From contig CBDCCK010000002.1 of assembly GCA_965214835.1 (NCBI GenBank), positions 3,008,001 to 3,072,000 on the forward strand: 64,000 nt of DNA. Reading direction: 5' to 3'. The DNA is from Nitrosopumilaceae archaeon. GTDB lineage: Archaea; Thermoproteota; Nitrososphaeria; Nitrososphaerales; Nitrosopumilaceae. Shown here one piece after another: positions 1 to 9,762 of the stretch. Position 1 is the first letter of the stretch, and each line of letters starts with the position of its first letter. The notes beneath the pieces were generated by a model. The model was not told where the DNA came from. It saw only the letters and a program-made list of their open reading frames with translations, and ran no database searches. The position numbers and the translations under genes are program-made.

Positions 1-19
1 CGGAAAGAGGGAAAGGAAA

Positions 20-238
20 GTGGTGCGAAACCGAGGCGGGCGAACCCTGGTGTTTTGCATGATCTGTGCCGCCGTCTCGGCCTCATACCATTTTCTGGTT
101 ATTGAGGGGGTAAGCGGGTTGGATGTTTTCCAAAACAAGCAGGCTCAGACGCTGAATTTCATTGCATTGACGTTGATCATGATTCTGGGTTACAGGATGG
201 TAAAGTGGAATGTAAAGGACAAGAAGGTGAGGTTTTGA
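20..238 (+). CDS. small membrane protein (possibly 5'-truncated by the window edge)
   Basis: 72-aa ORF with two hydrophobic stretches and a basic tail. Confidence 0.35.
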   Translation: MVRNRGGRTLVFCMICAAVSASYHFLVIEGVSGLDVFQNKQAQTLNFIALTLIMILGYRMVKWNVKDKKVRF

Positions 239-341
239 CGATCCTTCCGTGTGCGACCTCGTCCCTTACCGGCTAGCAAGAAAACTTCACTCCACGAGTC
301 ACCACTCCTCCCACAAATCATATCCTGAGGAGCAGGAACCC

Positions 342-414
342 ATGCGTAATCGACCTGAATGAGGCAAATTTGTTCGTAATAATCCCAGATCTGAACCGAT
401 TACGCATAAGGTCT
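342..414. mobile_element. IS5-type MITE (family A), left end eroded
   Basis: Near-identical to 25177-25256; ends in TTACGCATAAGGTCT, the terminus of the IS5 element at 30992-32709. Confidence 0.8.
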
Positions 415-648
415 AATGGAGATATTCGATTAAACTAAGCGCAGGTTTGCCAGTTGAACGTATCGCTAGGCGGTTAACGTATGGAATAGTCACAAGTTCC
501 AGCTCCCGACGCTTTCCAAGAAAAATCAGCTCCCGTTAACTTACCAGTCCCGATTTCATATAGCGTCTATAGATTATGTGGAATTCTTCATTTGACATCA
601 TCCGTGCCTTGATCTTTTTCTGCACTCATAATTTCCGCGTTGGTGTTT

Positions 649-758
649 CAGCTAAGTGAAAAGTACCCTGAAATCGAACAAAAACAGAAACTGGCAGGAG
701 ACACGGCGCCTCATTAGCAAGGCAAAACAACAAACCGCATTTACTTTTCACTTAGCTG
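649..758. mobile_element. MITE family C (ISH3-like ends)
   Basis: TIR CAGCTAAGTGAAAAGTA / TACTTTTCACTTAGCTG with a 5-bp TSD TGTTT; other copies at about 15810-15851 and 43766-44000. Confidence 0.85.
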
Positions 759-1551
759 TGTTTGCTGTAAAACTCTTAATTACCTCTTTCATCTCATCAG
801 AGCTCACCCCGATAGCATTTGAAGATACTTTGTAATCAGAATCACCAATTTGCGAAACTGCTTTTTCAATGTTATTTTGTGACAAAAGTTTCAACACGCC
901 TGATTTGAGTGCATCTAGTTTTATCTCCGAGTACCACATCAGTGCGTATATATCGGCAACATCCTTCCTTTTTTTGTGATCTTTGCTCCGGTTTGGTAGC
1001 GAAATGAGTTTGGCAGCAAGCAGGATCTCTGGTTTTGGAAGCCTAACAGGTACCCCGAATTCTTTAGTTTCTACAAATTCACCCTTTTCAAACAGCAGAC
1101 CAAGTAATTTTTCATCAGCAGGCGTGATTCCCAAAACGTCATGGATGTTATTCGGTATGTTGTCCACCAGAGGATCTACGTACAAGTCAAACAGATCGTA
1201 TTGCGGTATTTTACGAGCTTCTTGTTCTGTAAGCACTCTTTTCGTTTCTCTATGATAATGTTGGACTAGGCGAAAACCGATTGAATAAAACCCAATGCCC
1301 TCCAGTGCACGAATGGATTGGCTAAATGCAGAATTCTCCATCGATTCTCTGGTCTCATTCTTTGAAAAATGAAATCCTAGGTCAATGTCTTTTGAGCCAT
1401 GATAATCACGCCCTTTGTCTTTTTTGTAGTTCTTGTTTATCGTAAGATAAACCGCCCACCCGCCAAGCAAACAAGGCGGCTTGGTTACTTTGGAAAACAC
1501 CCTGACAAGGTTATCTCTTGAAATTTCCGTCTCATACTCTTCATAAAGCAT
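748..1551 (-). CDS. nucleotidyltransferase, AbiEii-like type IV TA toxin
   Basis: LLGGWAV...SKDIDL NTase motif, KL..LPNR and KDVADIYAL motifs; likely start MLYEEY overlaps the upstream gene stop. Confidence 0.75.
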   Translation of the reverse strand: MLYEEYETEISRDNLVRVFSKVTKPPCLLGGWAVYLTINKNYKKDKGRDYHGSKDIDLGFHFSKNETRESMENSAFSQSIRALEGIGFYSIGFRLVQHYHRETKRVLTEQEARKIPQYDLFDLYVDPLVDNIPNNIHDVLGITPADEKLLGLLFEKGEFVETKEFGVPVRLPKPEILLAAKLISLPNRSKDHKKRKDVADIYALMWYSEIKLDALKSGVLKLLSQNNIEKAVSQIGDSDYKVSSNAIGVSSDEMKEVIKSFTANTAK

Positions 1552-2140
1552 CCTTTTCCACCTTTTCCAACAGCATGTCGCCTGCCTCCACACAAGCACC
1601 GTTCTCATTATACAGATCAAGTATGATTTGTGGAACCGACGCCAAGGACATCAGGCCGTTAACCTGAAATGACTTGTAAAACACGTGTTCGTCTCCATAA
1701 ATAACGCGCACATTTCCTTTTCCCACCAACCCGTTTGCAACAAAGAGCTTGTGCCACTGTAGTTTGTCCGAATGGTGGACATAAATGTCGGTCCTAGACG
1801 GAAACAGGTAGTTTTGTATTTTGTTTTCTGCCACATATGTGGTGAGCGCATATTCCAGGCCTGTTTCTTGCAACAGTTCCAGAGGTTTTTGTACCATGTA
1901 CTCCCGGTATTGAAAGGCAGGCTGCCATTTCTGCCACCACAAAAACAGCGATCTAAAATCTCTCACTCTGGTTTTGTGGATTATTCCCTGCTTTTCCAGT
2001 TTTTGCAGCAAATCATGTATCCACGAATATCCACTATCGGCCAATTTTGCTATTCGGTACTTTGTTAGTTTTCCGGTAGGCTCGTTTAACAGAATTCGTG
2101 CGACCCTGCCCTTGATGCTAGTCCGCGTTTCTTTTTTCAT
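1541..2140 (-). CDS. wHTH transcriptional regulator, AbiEi-like type IV antitoxin
   Basis: N-terminal HTH (TKYRIAKLADSGYSWIHDLLQKLEKQG), YALT, GNV and VPQIILDL motifs; coupled to the NTase gene. Confidence 0.7.
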   Translation of the reverse strand: MKKETRTSIKGRVARILLNEPTGKLTKYRIAKLADSGYSWIHDLLQKLEKQGIIHKTRVRDFRSLFLWWQKWQPAFQYREYMVQKPLELLQETGLEYALTTYVAENKIQNYLFPSRTDIYVHHSDKLQWHKLFVANGLVGKGNVRVIYGDEHVFYKSFQVNGLMSLASVPQIILDLYNENGACVEAGDMLLEKVEKDAL

Positions 2141-2142
2141 GC

Positions 2143-2216
2143 TATCGGTTTATATTAAATAGCATATCTAATAAAGATATATCTTTTTATTATAAATATT
2201 GCATCTAAAACCGATA
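2143..2216. promoter_or_regulatory. putative AbiEi operator: inverted repeat around an AT-rich promoter
   Basis: TATCGGTTT (2143-2151) and AAACCGATA (2208-2216) flank the near-palindrome TAATAAAGATATATCTTTTTATTA directly upstream of the antitoxin. Confidence 0.45.
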
Positions 2217-2322
2217 AATTATTCTTAAAATTAGGCTGTACAAGTCGAAAATATGCGTATTTCGTCTTTAAATAGAGCACTATAAGCAATACCACAAAAT
2301 CAGTAGACGGAAATGTAAGACC

Positions 2323-2451
2323 GGGGTTGTCGCCTAATTCGCTAGAATCCCCGAAAACCGTTGAGATGCCATATGATCAGGCGTGCAAAAGGGCGGAAAT
2401 TCAGAAAAACGTGCAGATTGGGTCAAACAAGTGGAATTAGGCGACAACCTC
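2323..2451. mobile_element. MITE family B, copy 1
   Basis: TIR GGGGTTGTCGCCTAATTC / GAATTAGGCGACAACCTC with a 9-bp TSD TGTAAGACC. Confidence 0.85.
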
Positions 2452-2470
2452 TGTAAGACCTCTAGAAACC

Positions 2471-2599
2471 GGGGTTGTTGCATAATTCATTGGAATTCAT
2501 GAAAACCGTTGAGATGCCATATGATCAGGCGTGCAAAAGGGCGGAAATTCAGAAAAACGTGCAGATTGGGTCAAACAAGTGGAATTAGACAACAACCCC
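2471..2599. mobile_element. MITE family B, copy 2
   Basis: Near-identical 129-bp tandem copy; truncates the adjacent IS481 remnant. Confidence 0.85.
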
Positions 2600-2880
2600 G
2601 GTGATACGGCCTGGGGTTTATCAGGATGATGTCCCGTGCAAGCATCTCCTCCTCAAAGAGCGCAGGCTGCCACGTCCCCATGCCGGTGCCGTCCTTGGAG
2701 GCCGCCTTTTTTCTGCCGTTCTGTCCTACAAAGCACGAGCCGTTGTCAGACAGTACGGATGCAGGCGTGCCAAACCTCTCGATCGCCGGCCTGAGCACCA
2801 TTACGGCGTTCTCAGTGGTGACATGCTCAAAGAGCGCGGCCCCCGTAATGCACCTTGAGGCATCATCAAGATACGTGACT
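2600..2880 (-). pseudogene. IS481-family transposase internal fragment
   Basis: VTYLDDASRCI, SDNGSCF and INPRPYH motifs, homologous to 34020-34922. Confidence 0.8.
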
Positions 2881-2883
2881 ATA

Positions 2884-3967
2884 CTGATAATCATTGAAAA
2901 TTTCGCCTGATTACACGCTGCGCTCAAGATACTTGTAGATGTCTACCCTGATGGAGCACATCCTAAAGTATTCCGAGACGGCCCTTTTGAGGTGATCCAC
3001 CGTGTCGTAAAAGGCCGACGTGACCAGCCTGTACTTGGCGTCCTTCCAGACTGCCTCTATGGCGCTCAGCTCCGGCCTAGCTACCGGCAGGTACAGCAAG
3101 ACAACGTCGGGATTTTTCTTTAGGTATCTGCGGACCTTCTTGGTCTTGTGCTGTACTGCGTTGTCCAGCACCATCAAGACATTTCCCCACTTTTTGTGCG
3201 CCTGCTTGAGATAATGCAAAGTTTACGCTGTTGAACTTGTCGTACGTGCGCATCAGCCTGGTTCCGTCGTCTGCAATCGTTCCATACACCACTACGCGCT
3301 ACCTTCTGCCGGATCGTTACACCTCGATCCTGTCCCCCACGGGCGACCAGAACTTTTTGCCGTCACTTCCCGTACTGACGAATATCGATTCATCCTGTAC
3401 GGCTATCCTAAATCCGCGCCTTTTTGCAAGCGCAATCGTGTCTTTTGCCGTCCTTTGCCACCGTCTTACAGCTTTTGCGTCGGCAGCGTCTGCCAGCTTG
3501 GTAGTTGACGTCTTTAACGAAAATCCCATCGTGCGCAGGATTCTTCTGATGCTTCCCACGCTGTATGTGACGTGCAGCCTGCGGCGCATCCGGTCGCGCA
3601 GCTTCTTCGGGGTGAGCTTTTCCATCCTGCGCAGCCTCGTGGCGATCTTTTCTATCCTGCCGACGGAACCTTGGGCTTTCTGCCCCTGTTAGGAATCACG
3701 GAGGCCGTCGATGCCATCAAGCTCGAACCTTTCAATCCACATCTGGACTGTACGTTTTGTCACGTCGGCAACCTCTGCGGTCTGTGCGGTGGTGTTGCCA
3801 GGCAGCACGGAGCGCACCGCCAGGATTCTGGCATAAACCCCGATATCCTTCTCGACATGCATGGCATCCGTGAGGATTTTCGTCTTGTTCATGCCGGCAG
3901 TGACATGGTGGGGAGCTATAAACCCTTACAAGATGTGTAATCAGGCGAAATTTTCAATGATCATCAG
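2884..3967 (-). mobile_element. IS630-family element with degraded transposase
   Basis: TIR of about 33 bp CTGATAATCATTGAAAATTTCGCCTGATTACAC; fragments carry the HTH, QDES, VLDNA and PELSAIE motifs in broken frames. Confidence 0.85.
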
Positions 3968-4430
3968 TGTGGGCTTTGTCTTGTTCCCCGATGATCCTTT
4001 CTTGGATCTTGATTATCTCTTTTTGGTTCTTGATTATCTCTTCTTGGTTCTTGATCATCTTTTCTTGGTTCTTGATATCCCTAGATTGGATCTTGATTAT
4101 CTCTTTTTGGTTCTTGATTATCTTTTCTTGGTTCTTGATCATCTTTTCTTGGTTCTTGATATCCCTAGATTGGATCTCGATCATCTCTTTTTGGTCCTCG
4201 ATTATCCTGTATTGGTTCTTGACGTGCTGGTCTTGGTTCCTGAGGAGACTGTCGCGGCTCTCAATGGCATTCCTCAGACCCTGTATCTCCGTGGGTGATT
4301 CCACAGATGCCCCGATCTCGCGGCGTGTGGGAGGCTGTCCTTTCATAATGCATGTTCCATGCATTTGCCATATATGGGATAGTATAATCACCAATGTTTA
4401 ACCTTCTGTAAAGGGAAGGTGACCCCGTAC
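3968..4430 (-). pseudogene. IS66-family left end and transposase N-terminus with expanded heptad repeats
   Basis: End GGAAGGTGACCCCGTAC matches the IS66 TIR; MKGQPPT start as in other copies; 21/63-nt tandem repeats encoding IKNQEK(I/M). Confidence 0.75.
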
Positions 4431-4593
4431 CAAGAACAGTAATCGGTTGGGCCGGCTCGGTTTTCAGCCATATCCAGACCCCCCCCCCCCCGCTGCAGAG
4501 TCCGCGCCTGCATGCTGCAGCAACCCGGCTCACCGCCGAAAACACAAGGCATTCACGTTATTTTTAAGTAGGGCACGGGGGGGAGATCCACTC

Positions 4594-5376
4594 ATGGTAT
4601 CGGGCCATCAGATCAGGCTGAACAGAATCATGAGAAAGGGAAAAATGCTCTGCATTCCCATGGATCACGGCATCTCCAACGGCCCCATCAAGGGCCTTGA
4701 GAACCCCCACAAGACAATTTATGACTGCGAGGGCCACGGCCTTACAAGCGTAATCATCAACAAGGGAATCATCAAGACGCTGGCAAGGCCGACAAGGGTC
4801 GGAATCCTGGTCCATTTTTCAAGCAGCACGTCCCTCTCGTCGTCGCCCAACCGCAAGATGCTGACGGGCTCAGTCGAGGAGGCCCTGAGGCTGGGCGCGG
4901 ACGGCGTCTCGCTGCACATCAACATAGGCGGAAAGGAAGAGCCAGAGATGCTCGAGCATCTGGGAATGACCGCAGAGCAGTGCCACAGGTGGAACATGCC
5001 GCTGCTGGCAATGATGTACCCGAGGGGGGAGAACGTGCAGAATCCCCACGACCCGGAGGTGGTGGGCCACGTGGCAAGAATCGGCGCAGAGTGCGGCGCA
5101 GACATAGTAAAGACGGTCTATACGGGGGACGTCGACTCGTTCTCAAGAATCGTAAAAAGCACCCCGGTTCCAATCGTGGTCGCAGGCGGGCCAAAGACCG
5201 AGACGGATCTGCAGCTGCTTGCCATGACAGAGGAGGTGATGAGCGCCGGGGCGGCGGGGGTCACCTTTGGCAGGAACATCTTTGCGCACAGGAACCCGCA
5301 GAAGATGACCGAGGCGCTGGCCGCAGTCATCTTTGGAAGGGCGCCTGCAGGGGAAGCAGTGAAAAAGCTTGAGTAG
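4594..5376 (+). CDS. aroA': 2-amino-3,7-dideoxy-D-threo-hept-6-ulosonate synthase (class I aldolase, DhnA family)
   Basis: PMDHG, LLAMMYPRG, GADIVKT and GRNIF motifs; first gene of the archaeal shikimate cluster. Confidence 0.9.
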   Translation: MVSGHQIRLNRIMRKGKMLCIPMDHGISNGPIKGLENPHKTIYDCEGHGLTSVIINKGIIKTLARPTRVGILVHFSSSTSLSSSPNRKMLTGSVEEALRLGADGVSLHINIGGKEEPEMLEHLGMTAEQCHRWNMPLLAMMYPRGENVQNPHDPEVVGHVARIGAECGADIVKTVYTGDVDSFSRIVKSTPVPIVVAGGPKTETDLQLLAMTEEVMSAGAAGVTFGRNIFAHRNPQKMTEALAAVIFGRAPAGEAVKKLE

Positions 5377-6424
5377 GTCAAGAGAGCTAATAGTCTCCCC
5401 CAGGGTATCAAAGGCGCAGCTGGGAGGGTTCGTCTCGCAGCTGGGCGAGGAGGGGATAAGGATGGTTCACGCGGATCCAAAGTCGCTGCCCAAGGGAGGC
5501 GGGATCAAGACCGTCTACGCCTCGAGGGACGCAGACTATGTCATACTGGACGGCGGCATCAAGAGGGCGGGGGGCGGCAAGGCCGGAAGGAGGTTCAGGG
5601 TCACCTCAAACGAGGACATCGACGACATACTGGCCGCCGCAAAAAAGGGGCTTGACTTTGTAATCGTGGAGGTAAAGGACTGGAAGATAATCCCGCTTGA
5701 GAACATCATCGCCAAGCTGCACAGGGTCCGCACGAAGATCTTTGCGATGGCCAAGAGCCCGGCCGAGGTGCGGAAGATGTTCTCCATCCTGGAGGTGGGA
5801 GTCGACGGGGTGATCTTTGCCACCTCGTCAATCGGCGAGGTAAGGGAGGCGCTCGTATACCTCGGGGAGAGCAGCTTTGAGCTAAAGCCGGCAAAGATCA
5901 CCGAGATCAAGGAGGTCGGCGACGGGGAGCGCGTATGCGTGGACACGGCATCGATGCTCCGCAGTGGCGAGGGGATGCTGGTCGGAAGCCGCTCGAACTT
6001 TCTGTTCCTGGTCCACAACGAGTCGGTCGGCTCGTCGTTTACCTCGCCGAGGCCGTTCAGGGTAAACGCGGGCGCCGTGCACTGCTATACGCTGTCGCCG
6101 GACGGGACGACGAGGTACCTGTCGGAGATGGAGACCGGAAGCGAGGTGCTCGTGCTCAACCCCAAGGGGGGTGCGCGGCGCGCGACGGTGGGCCGCTCAA
6201 AGATAGAGCGCCGCCCGATGCTGATGATAAAGGCCGAGGCGGGCGGCGAGGTCGGCGGGATCATCGCGCAGGACGCCGAGACCATCAGGTTTGTAAAGGC
6301 AGGCGGGCAGCTGGTGTCAGTCACGCATCTGAAAAAGGGGGACACGGTACTCGTCCATGCAAGGCAGGCGACCGGAAGGCACTTTGGCATGGAGGTCTCT
6401 GACGAGTACATCCTGGAGAAATGA
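5369..6424 (+). CDS. aroB': 3-dehydroquinate synthase II
   Basis: DWKIIPLENIIA, GERVCVDT, RPFRVNAGAVH and TGRHFG motifs. Confidence 0.93.
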   Translation: MSRSRELIVSPRVSKAQLGGFVSQLGEEGIRMVHADPKSLPKGGGIKTVYASRDADYVILDGGIKRAGGGKAGRRFRVTSNEDIDDILAAAKKGLDFVIVEVKDWKIIPLENIIAKLHRVRTKIFAMAKSPAEVRKMFSILEVGVDGVIFATSSIGEVREALVYLGESSFELKPAKITEIKEVGDGERVCVDTASMLRSGEGMLVGSRSNFLFLVHNESVGSSFTSPRPFRVNAGAVHCYTLSPDGTTRYLSEMETGSEVLVLNPKGGARRATVGRSKIERRPMLMIKAEAGGEVGGIIAQDAETIRFVKAGGQLVSVTHLKKGDTVLVHARQATGRHFGMEVSDEYILEK

Positions 6425-7095
6425 AATACAAGACCTGCGTCTCGGTCGCAGAAGGGACGCCAAAAAGGATGCACCAGACGCTCAGGAGGGCCCTGAAAAA
6501 GTCAGAATACGCAGAGCTGCGGCTTGACTTTCTGAGGCCGGCCCGGGTCCCCGAGGCGCTGGAGCTGGCAGGAAAAAGCCTCGGGAGGTGCGTCTGCACG
6601 CTGCGCCCGAGGTCAGAGGGCGGCCTCTTTGCAGGCTCCGAGGAAGAGAGGACCTCAATCCTGAAGCTGATCGCAGAGTACGGGCCGTACCTGCTCGACG
6701 TGGAGCTCTCCACGATGTCAAAAAACAGGGACCTTGCAGGATACATCAGGTCCACGGGGACGCCCGTCCTTGTATCATGGCACGACTTTGAGGGGACGCC
6801 GGGGGCGGCGGTACTTGCAGGAAGGCTCAGGAAGATGAGGCGGTTTTCTGACCACGTAAAGATGGTCACCACGGCAAGAAATCCGGATGACGCATCGAGG
6901 ATCCTCTCGGTGTACGGCAGGGCGGCAGATACAGAGCTGATTGCGTTTGCCATGGGTGACGCGGGCAGGATCTCAAGGATCCTGTGCCTGTACCTGGGAA
7001 GCCCATACACGTACGCGTCGCTCGGAAAGGCGGTGGCGCCCGGGCAGTTCAGCGCCGACGAGGTAAGAAGGATCGCGGGCCTCATCGGAGGCTAG
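6421..7095 (+). CDS. aroD: type I 3-dehydroquinate dehydratase
   Basis: ELRLD, CTLR..EGG, SWHDF, MG..G.ISR and APGQ motifs. Confidence 0.92.
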   Translation: MKYKTCVSVAEGTPKRMHQTLRRALKKSEYAELRLDFLRPARVPEALELAGKSLGRCVCTLRPRSEGGLFAGSEEERTSILKLIAEYGPYLLDVELSTMSKNRDLAGYIRSTGTPVLVSWHDFEGTPGAAVLAGRLRKMRRFSDHVKMVTTARNPDDASRILSVYGRAADTELIAFAMGDAGRISRILCLYLGSPYTYASLGKAVAPGQFSADEVRRIAGLIGG

Positions 7096-7100
7096 GGCCT

Positions 7101-7213
7101 TCAGTCCAGCGTCAAGAGATTGTAAATGATCAAAATCTTTGCAGTTGTCGGGGATCCCATTGAACGCTCGTTGTCCCCAAATGTCCACAGTGCGGCGTTG
7201 AAGGAACTGAATC
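7101..7213 (+). pseudogene. diverged duplicate of the aroE 5' end and leader
   Basis: ATG at 7126 gives MIKIFAVVGDPIERSLSPNVHSAALKELN versus AroE MIKTFAVIGDPIDHSMSPSIHNAAFRELN; the leader is also similar. Confidence 0.85.
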
Positions 7214-7214
7214 C

Positions 7215-7304
7215 ATGGTGAAAAGCACAAGTTCTTCAAAACTAGAAGCATTTCCCTGCATGGTTCATGCCCATGTGTGTTGAGGAATTTTTGCTCGACA
7301 CCAT
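7215..7304. mobile_element. MITE family G (about 90 bp)
   Basis: ATGGTG...CACCAT ends; body similar to 12521-12614, about 45690-45782 and about 56075-56160. Confidence 0.6.
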
Positions 7305-7388
7305 ATAACTCAGTTTTTTGCTTGAATCTGTTCTAAACGATAAATCTAGGTGAAAACCACAGTTAATTTCGGATCTATGTGGTTGCCT

Positions 7389-8360
7389 TCAATTATTGGG
7401 GTTTTCCCGGTTTACAGGAAGGTTGTGCTGCATAACAACGTTTTGCTGCCTTACATACGCCTTTCCCATGTGGTTTTCTATTATTTTTACCGCTCCAGTA
7501 CCTGATAACGTATGGTTCATGGCGTGAAAGGCTGAAAGAACCGCGTCCTGAAGATCCTGATCCTCCTCCAAATCGTCAATGATCAGTCCCATGTTTTTTG
7601 CCTGCTCTCTATTTATGTGGCGAGCGTGTGTTTTGAAGTTCTTGTGATTGGACAGGTATTCGGCTATTTCTTTTGGTGTATTTGATCTCCTTTCATCATT
7701 TTTGAGCATGTATTTTTGAAGCCAGTCTGCAACCAGCTGTTTGGATAGATCGATGGCGTTTTTACACTGAACCAGCAGAGCCGGTCCGTATTGTCCCAGC
7801 ATCGGTATCCATGCAGGAAGGTTTTTTGGATCCATTGATTCTTCCTTTGCCATATCAAACTGATCCAAGATAGCTTGGGCAGGAGACACTTGCAGACCGA
7901 GTGGGGTCCGATATATCACCTGTGGATCTATCGGACCTATTGATGACTGTTTGCCCATGATAATTACGTTTGAGGCGCATGCAAGCATTGTAGCAGCAGA
8001 CATGGCAGCTTGGGGAATTATGACCCTGATGTCATCAAACTTGCATCTAAGATAGTTTACAAGCGATTCTGTGGCCTCGGCAGAGCCTCCTGGACTATGA
8101 AGTATCAGATCCAAGCAATTCCCCTTGAGCCCATGAACCACTTCCATGAATCCCTGTATGTCTTCATCGGCTATGCTTAAAACTTGCGGGTCTGCTACCG
8201 CCTTTCCAGTTTGAGTCCATGCAGTTGCATAGATGATAACGTTACGCTGTGTTTTTTGGTATAGTTTAGCAAGATACCTTCTTCGTATCTCATCAAACGG
8301 AACATCATCTCCATGAGAATGCTTTTTTAATTCTCCTAATATTTCTCCCTAGGTCGGCAA
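7389..8360 (-). pseudogene. SDH/ClpP-like serine protease with an amber stop at codon 4
   Basis: LHSPGG, AMSAATM and IGPIDPQ motifs; the frame extends to TTG-CCG-ACC-TAG-GGA-GAA (MPT*GEIL) at 8360. Confidence 0.8.
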
Positions 8361-8370
8361 TTTGTTTCAG

Positions 8371-8595
8371 TTATGAAGTAGAGGTGGATACTGAAAAAGA
8401 TTCCTTTGTCTGAATTAGTCCTAAATACATGTGGGCTTCTGCAACCATCTGTTCATACTGCCCGTAAACCTTCATTGCCTCCTTGACTCCGGGCCGTTTC
8501 AACGCCTCCCTCATAAGCAGGCGGTATTCATCAGCAAGCGTACTTTCGTTGTTCCTTCCTACTTCCTTTAACATGTGATGTTTGGACGCCGTCAT
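8371..8595 (-). CDS. small hypothetical protein upstream of the SDH protease
   Basis: 74-aa ORF ending 10 nt before the protease start. Confidence 0.5.
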   Translation of the reverse strand: MTASKHHMLKEVGRNNESTLADEYRLLMREALKRPGVKEAMKVYGQYEQMVAEAHMYLGLIQTKESFSVSTSTS

Positions 8596-8647
8596 GGTAT
8601 TAGATGCTTTTTTGTGTGTATTAAATCTGTTAAATACATTCAGTCTT

Positions 8648-8780
8648 TGTCTTATACAGAAATTAGGTCGCCTAAGATAAGGCGCACGATCGCTGACTAT
8701 TTCAGGCTGTACCGATCAGATAAAGACGTGGCAAGAAAGATGCCGGACAAAGAGATCAGGTATGTCATCAAGGGACGTAA
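8648..8780 (+). mobile_element. IS481 left-end remnant
   Basis: TGTCTTATACAGAAATTAGGTCG matches the IS481 TIR; PKIRRTIADYFRLYRS matches other copies; cut by an IS5 end. Confidence 0.7.
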
Positions 8781-8781
8781 T

Positions 8782-9742
8782 AGACTTTATGCGTAATCGA
8801 TCGTGACTAAAAATTCCGCAGGATTTTCCAAGAGTAGATGTGTTGATCAGATCAAGTTATCGCATACAAATATGTCATGACGCGCGCAAGAATTGGCCCG
8901 TGCCAAAAAGACGTGCGCAACGATATAGCACGGTGATGTGCCCTGTTGTCAAGTCATAAGAAAGGCGGCCCGTGCCGCCGTACGTCATATATCAAGCAGG
9001 TGACCGTAGAATCCGTTCTTTTTCAGTATCGTCTTGAGGTTCTCAAGACCCGTAATTACCTGTATGAAATAGTTTAGATCCTCGACGGTTTCGCCAAACG
9101 GCATGGTCAGGATGTCATGGCACTTGAGACGCCCTATGTGGTGCCCCACCCTGACGCGCACCCTGCTGATCTGCCTGCGGCGCCTCTTTTGCGTCGCGGT
9201 AAGCTCCCAGTCTCCGGGCTTCTTTGGAGGCTGTCTGTGCATGGCGCCCGGGAACGTCTTCTGAATGCCCCAAGCCCGGGCCGCTATAAACTACAAACGC
9301 CTTTTCCGGATCATCTGCGCTTCTTGTGTTTTTCATTGATCTGGTGTGCCTTCAAGTCCGGATCGCCTCCTGCGTTCATCATGCCATTGTCATTTACGCT
9401 GCCGTCCGCGGTATCGCCGCAGTGCAGCATGAGGCCGTCCAGGTTCGTGGTAGCCAGCGTGTTGTACATGTGCCGCTTTTTTCTTCCCGTGTACCGTGTC
9501 TTTCTTGCGGTCTTGTCCCCTAGCCTGTCTACAGGAGTAGGGGTGCCGTCAATCAGGATTGTCTTTTTTGGGATCAGCCTCTCCTCTGTCCTGTCTGCCG
9601 GGGTCTTGCGGATCACGTCTGTTATCCTTTCGGCAGTAGGCAGCATCTGAAGTATCACCATACAAGACATTATGCGTAATCGGTGCAGATCAAAAAAATC
9701 AGGCAGCTTTTACGTCATTTTTGGCAATTATGCACAAGGTCT
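8782..9742 (-). mobile_element. degraded IS5-family element plus a terminal family-A-like MITE (9666-9742)
   Basis: AGACTTTATGCGTAA terminus; IDGT, YTGRKKRH and RVRVGHHIGRLK transposase motifs in broken frames. Confidence 0.75.
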
Positions 9743-9762
9743 AGCCAGGGCCCCTGACATTT

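Noticed and set aside
3861-4401. Repetitive hydrophobic ORFs on the + strand (LDYLFLV or WFLII repeats)
   Set aside because: Reverse-strand readings of the IS66 heptad repeat
4479-4491. Poly-C tracts (also about 45597-45608) as phase-variation switches
   Set aside because: Intergenic and not between recognisable promoter elements; homopolymer length is unreliable
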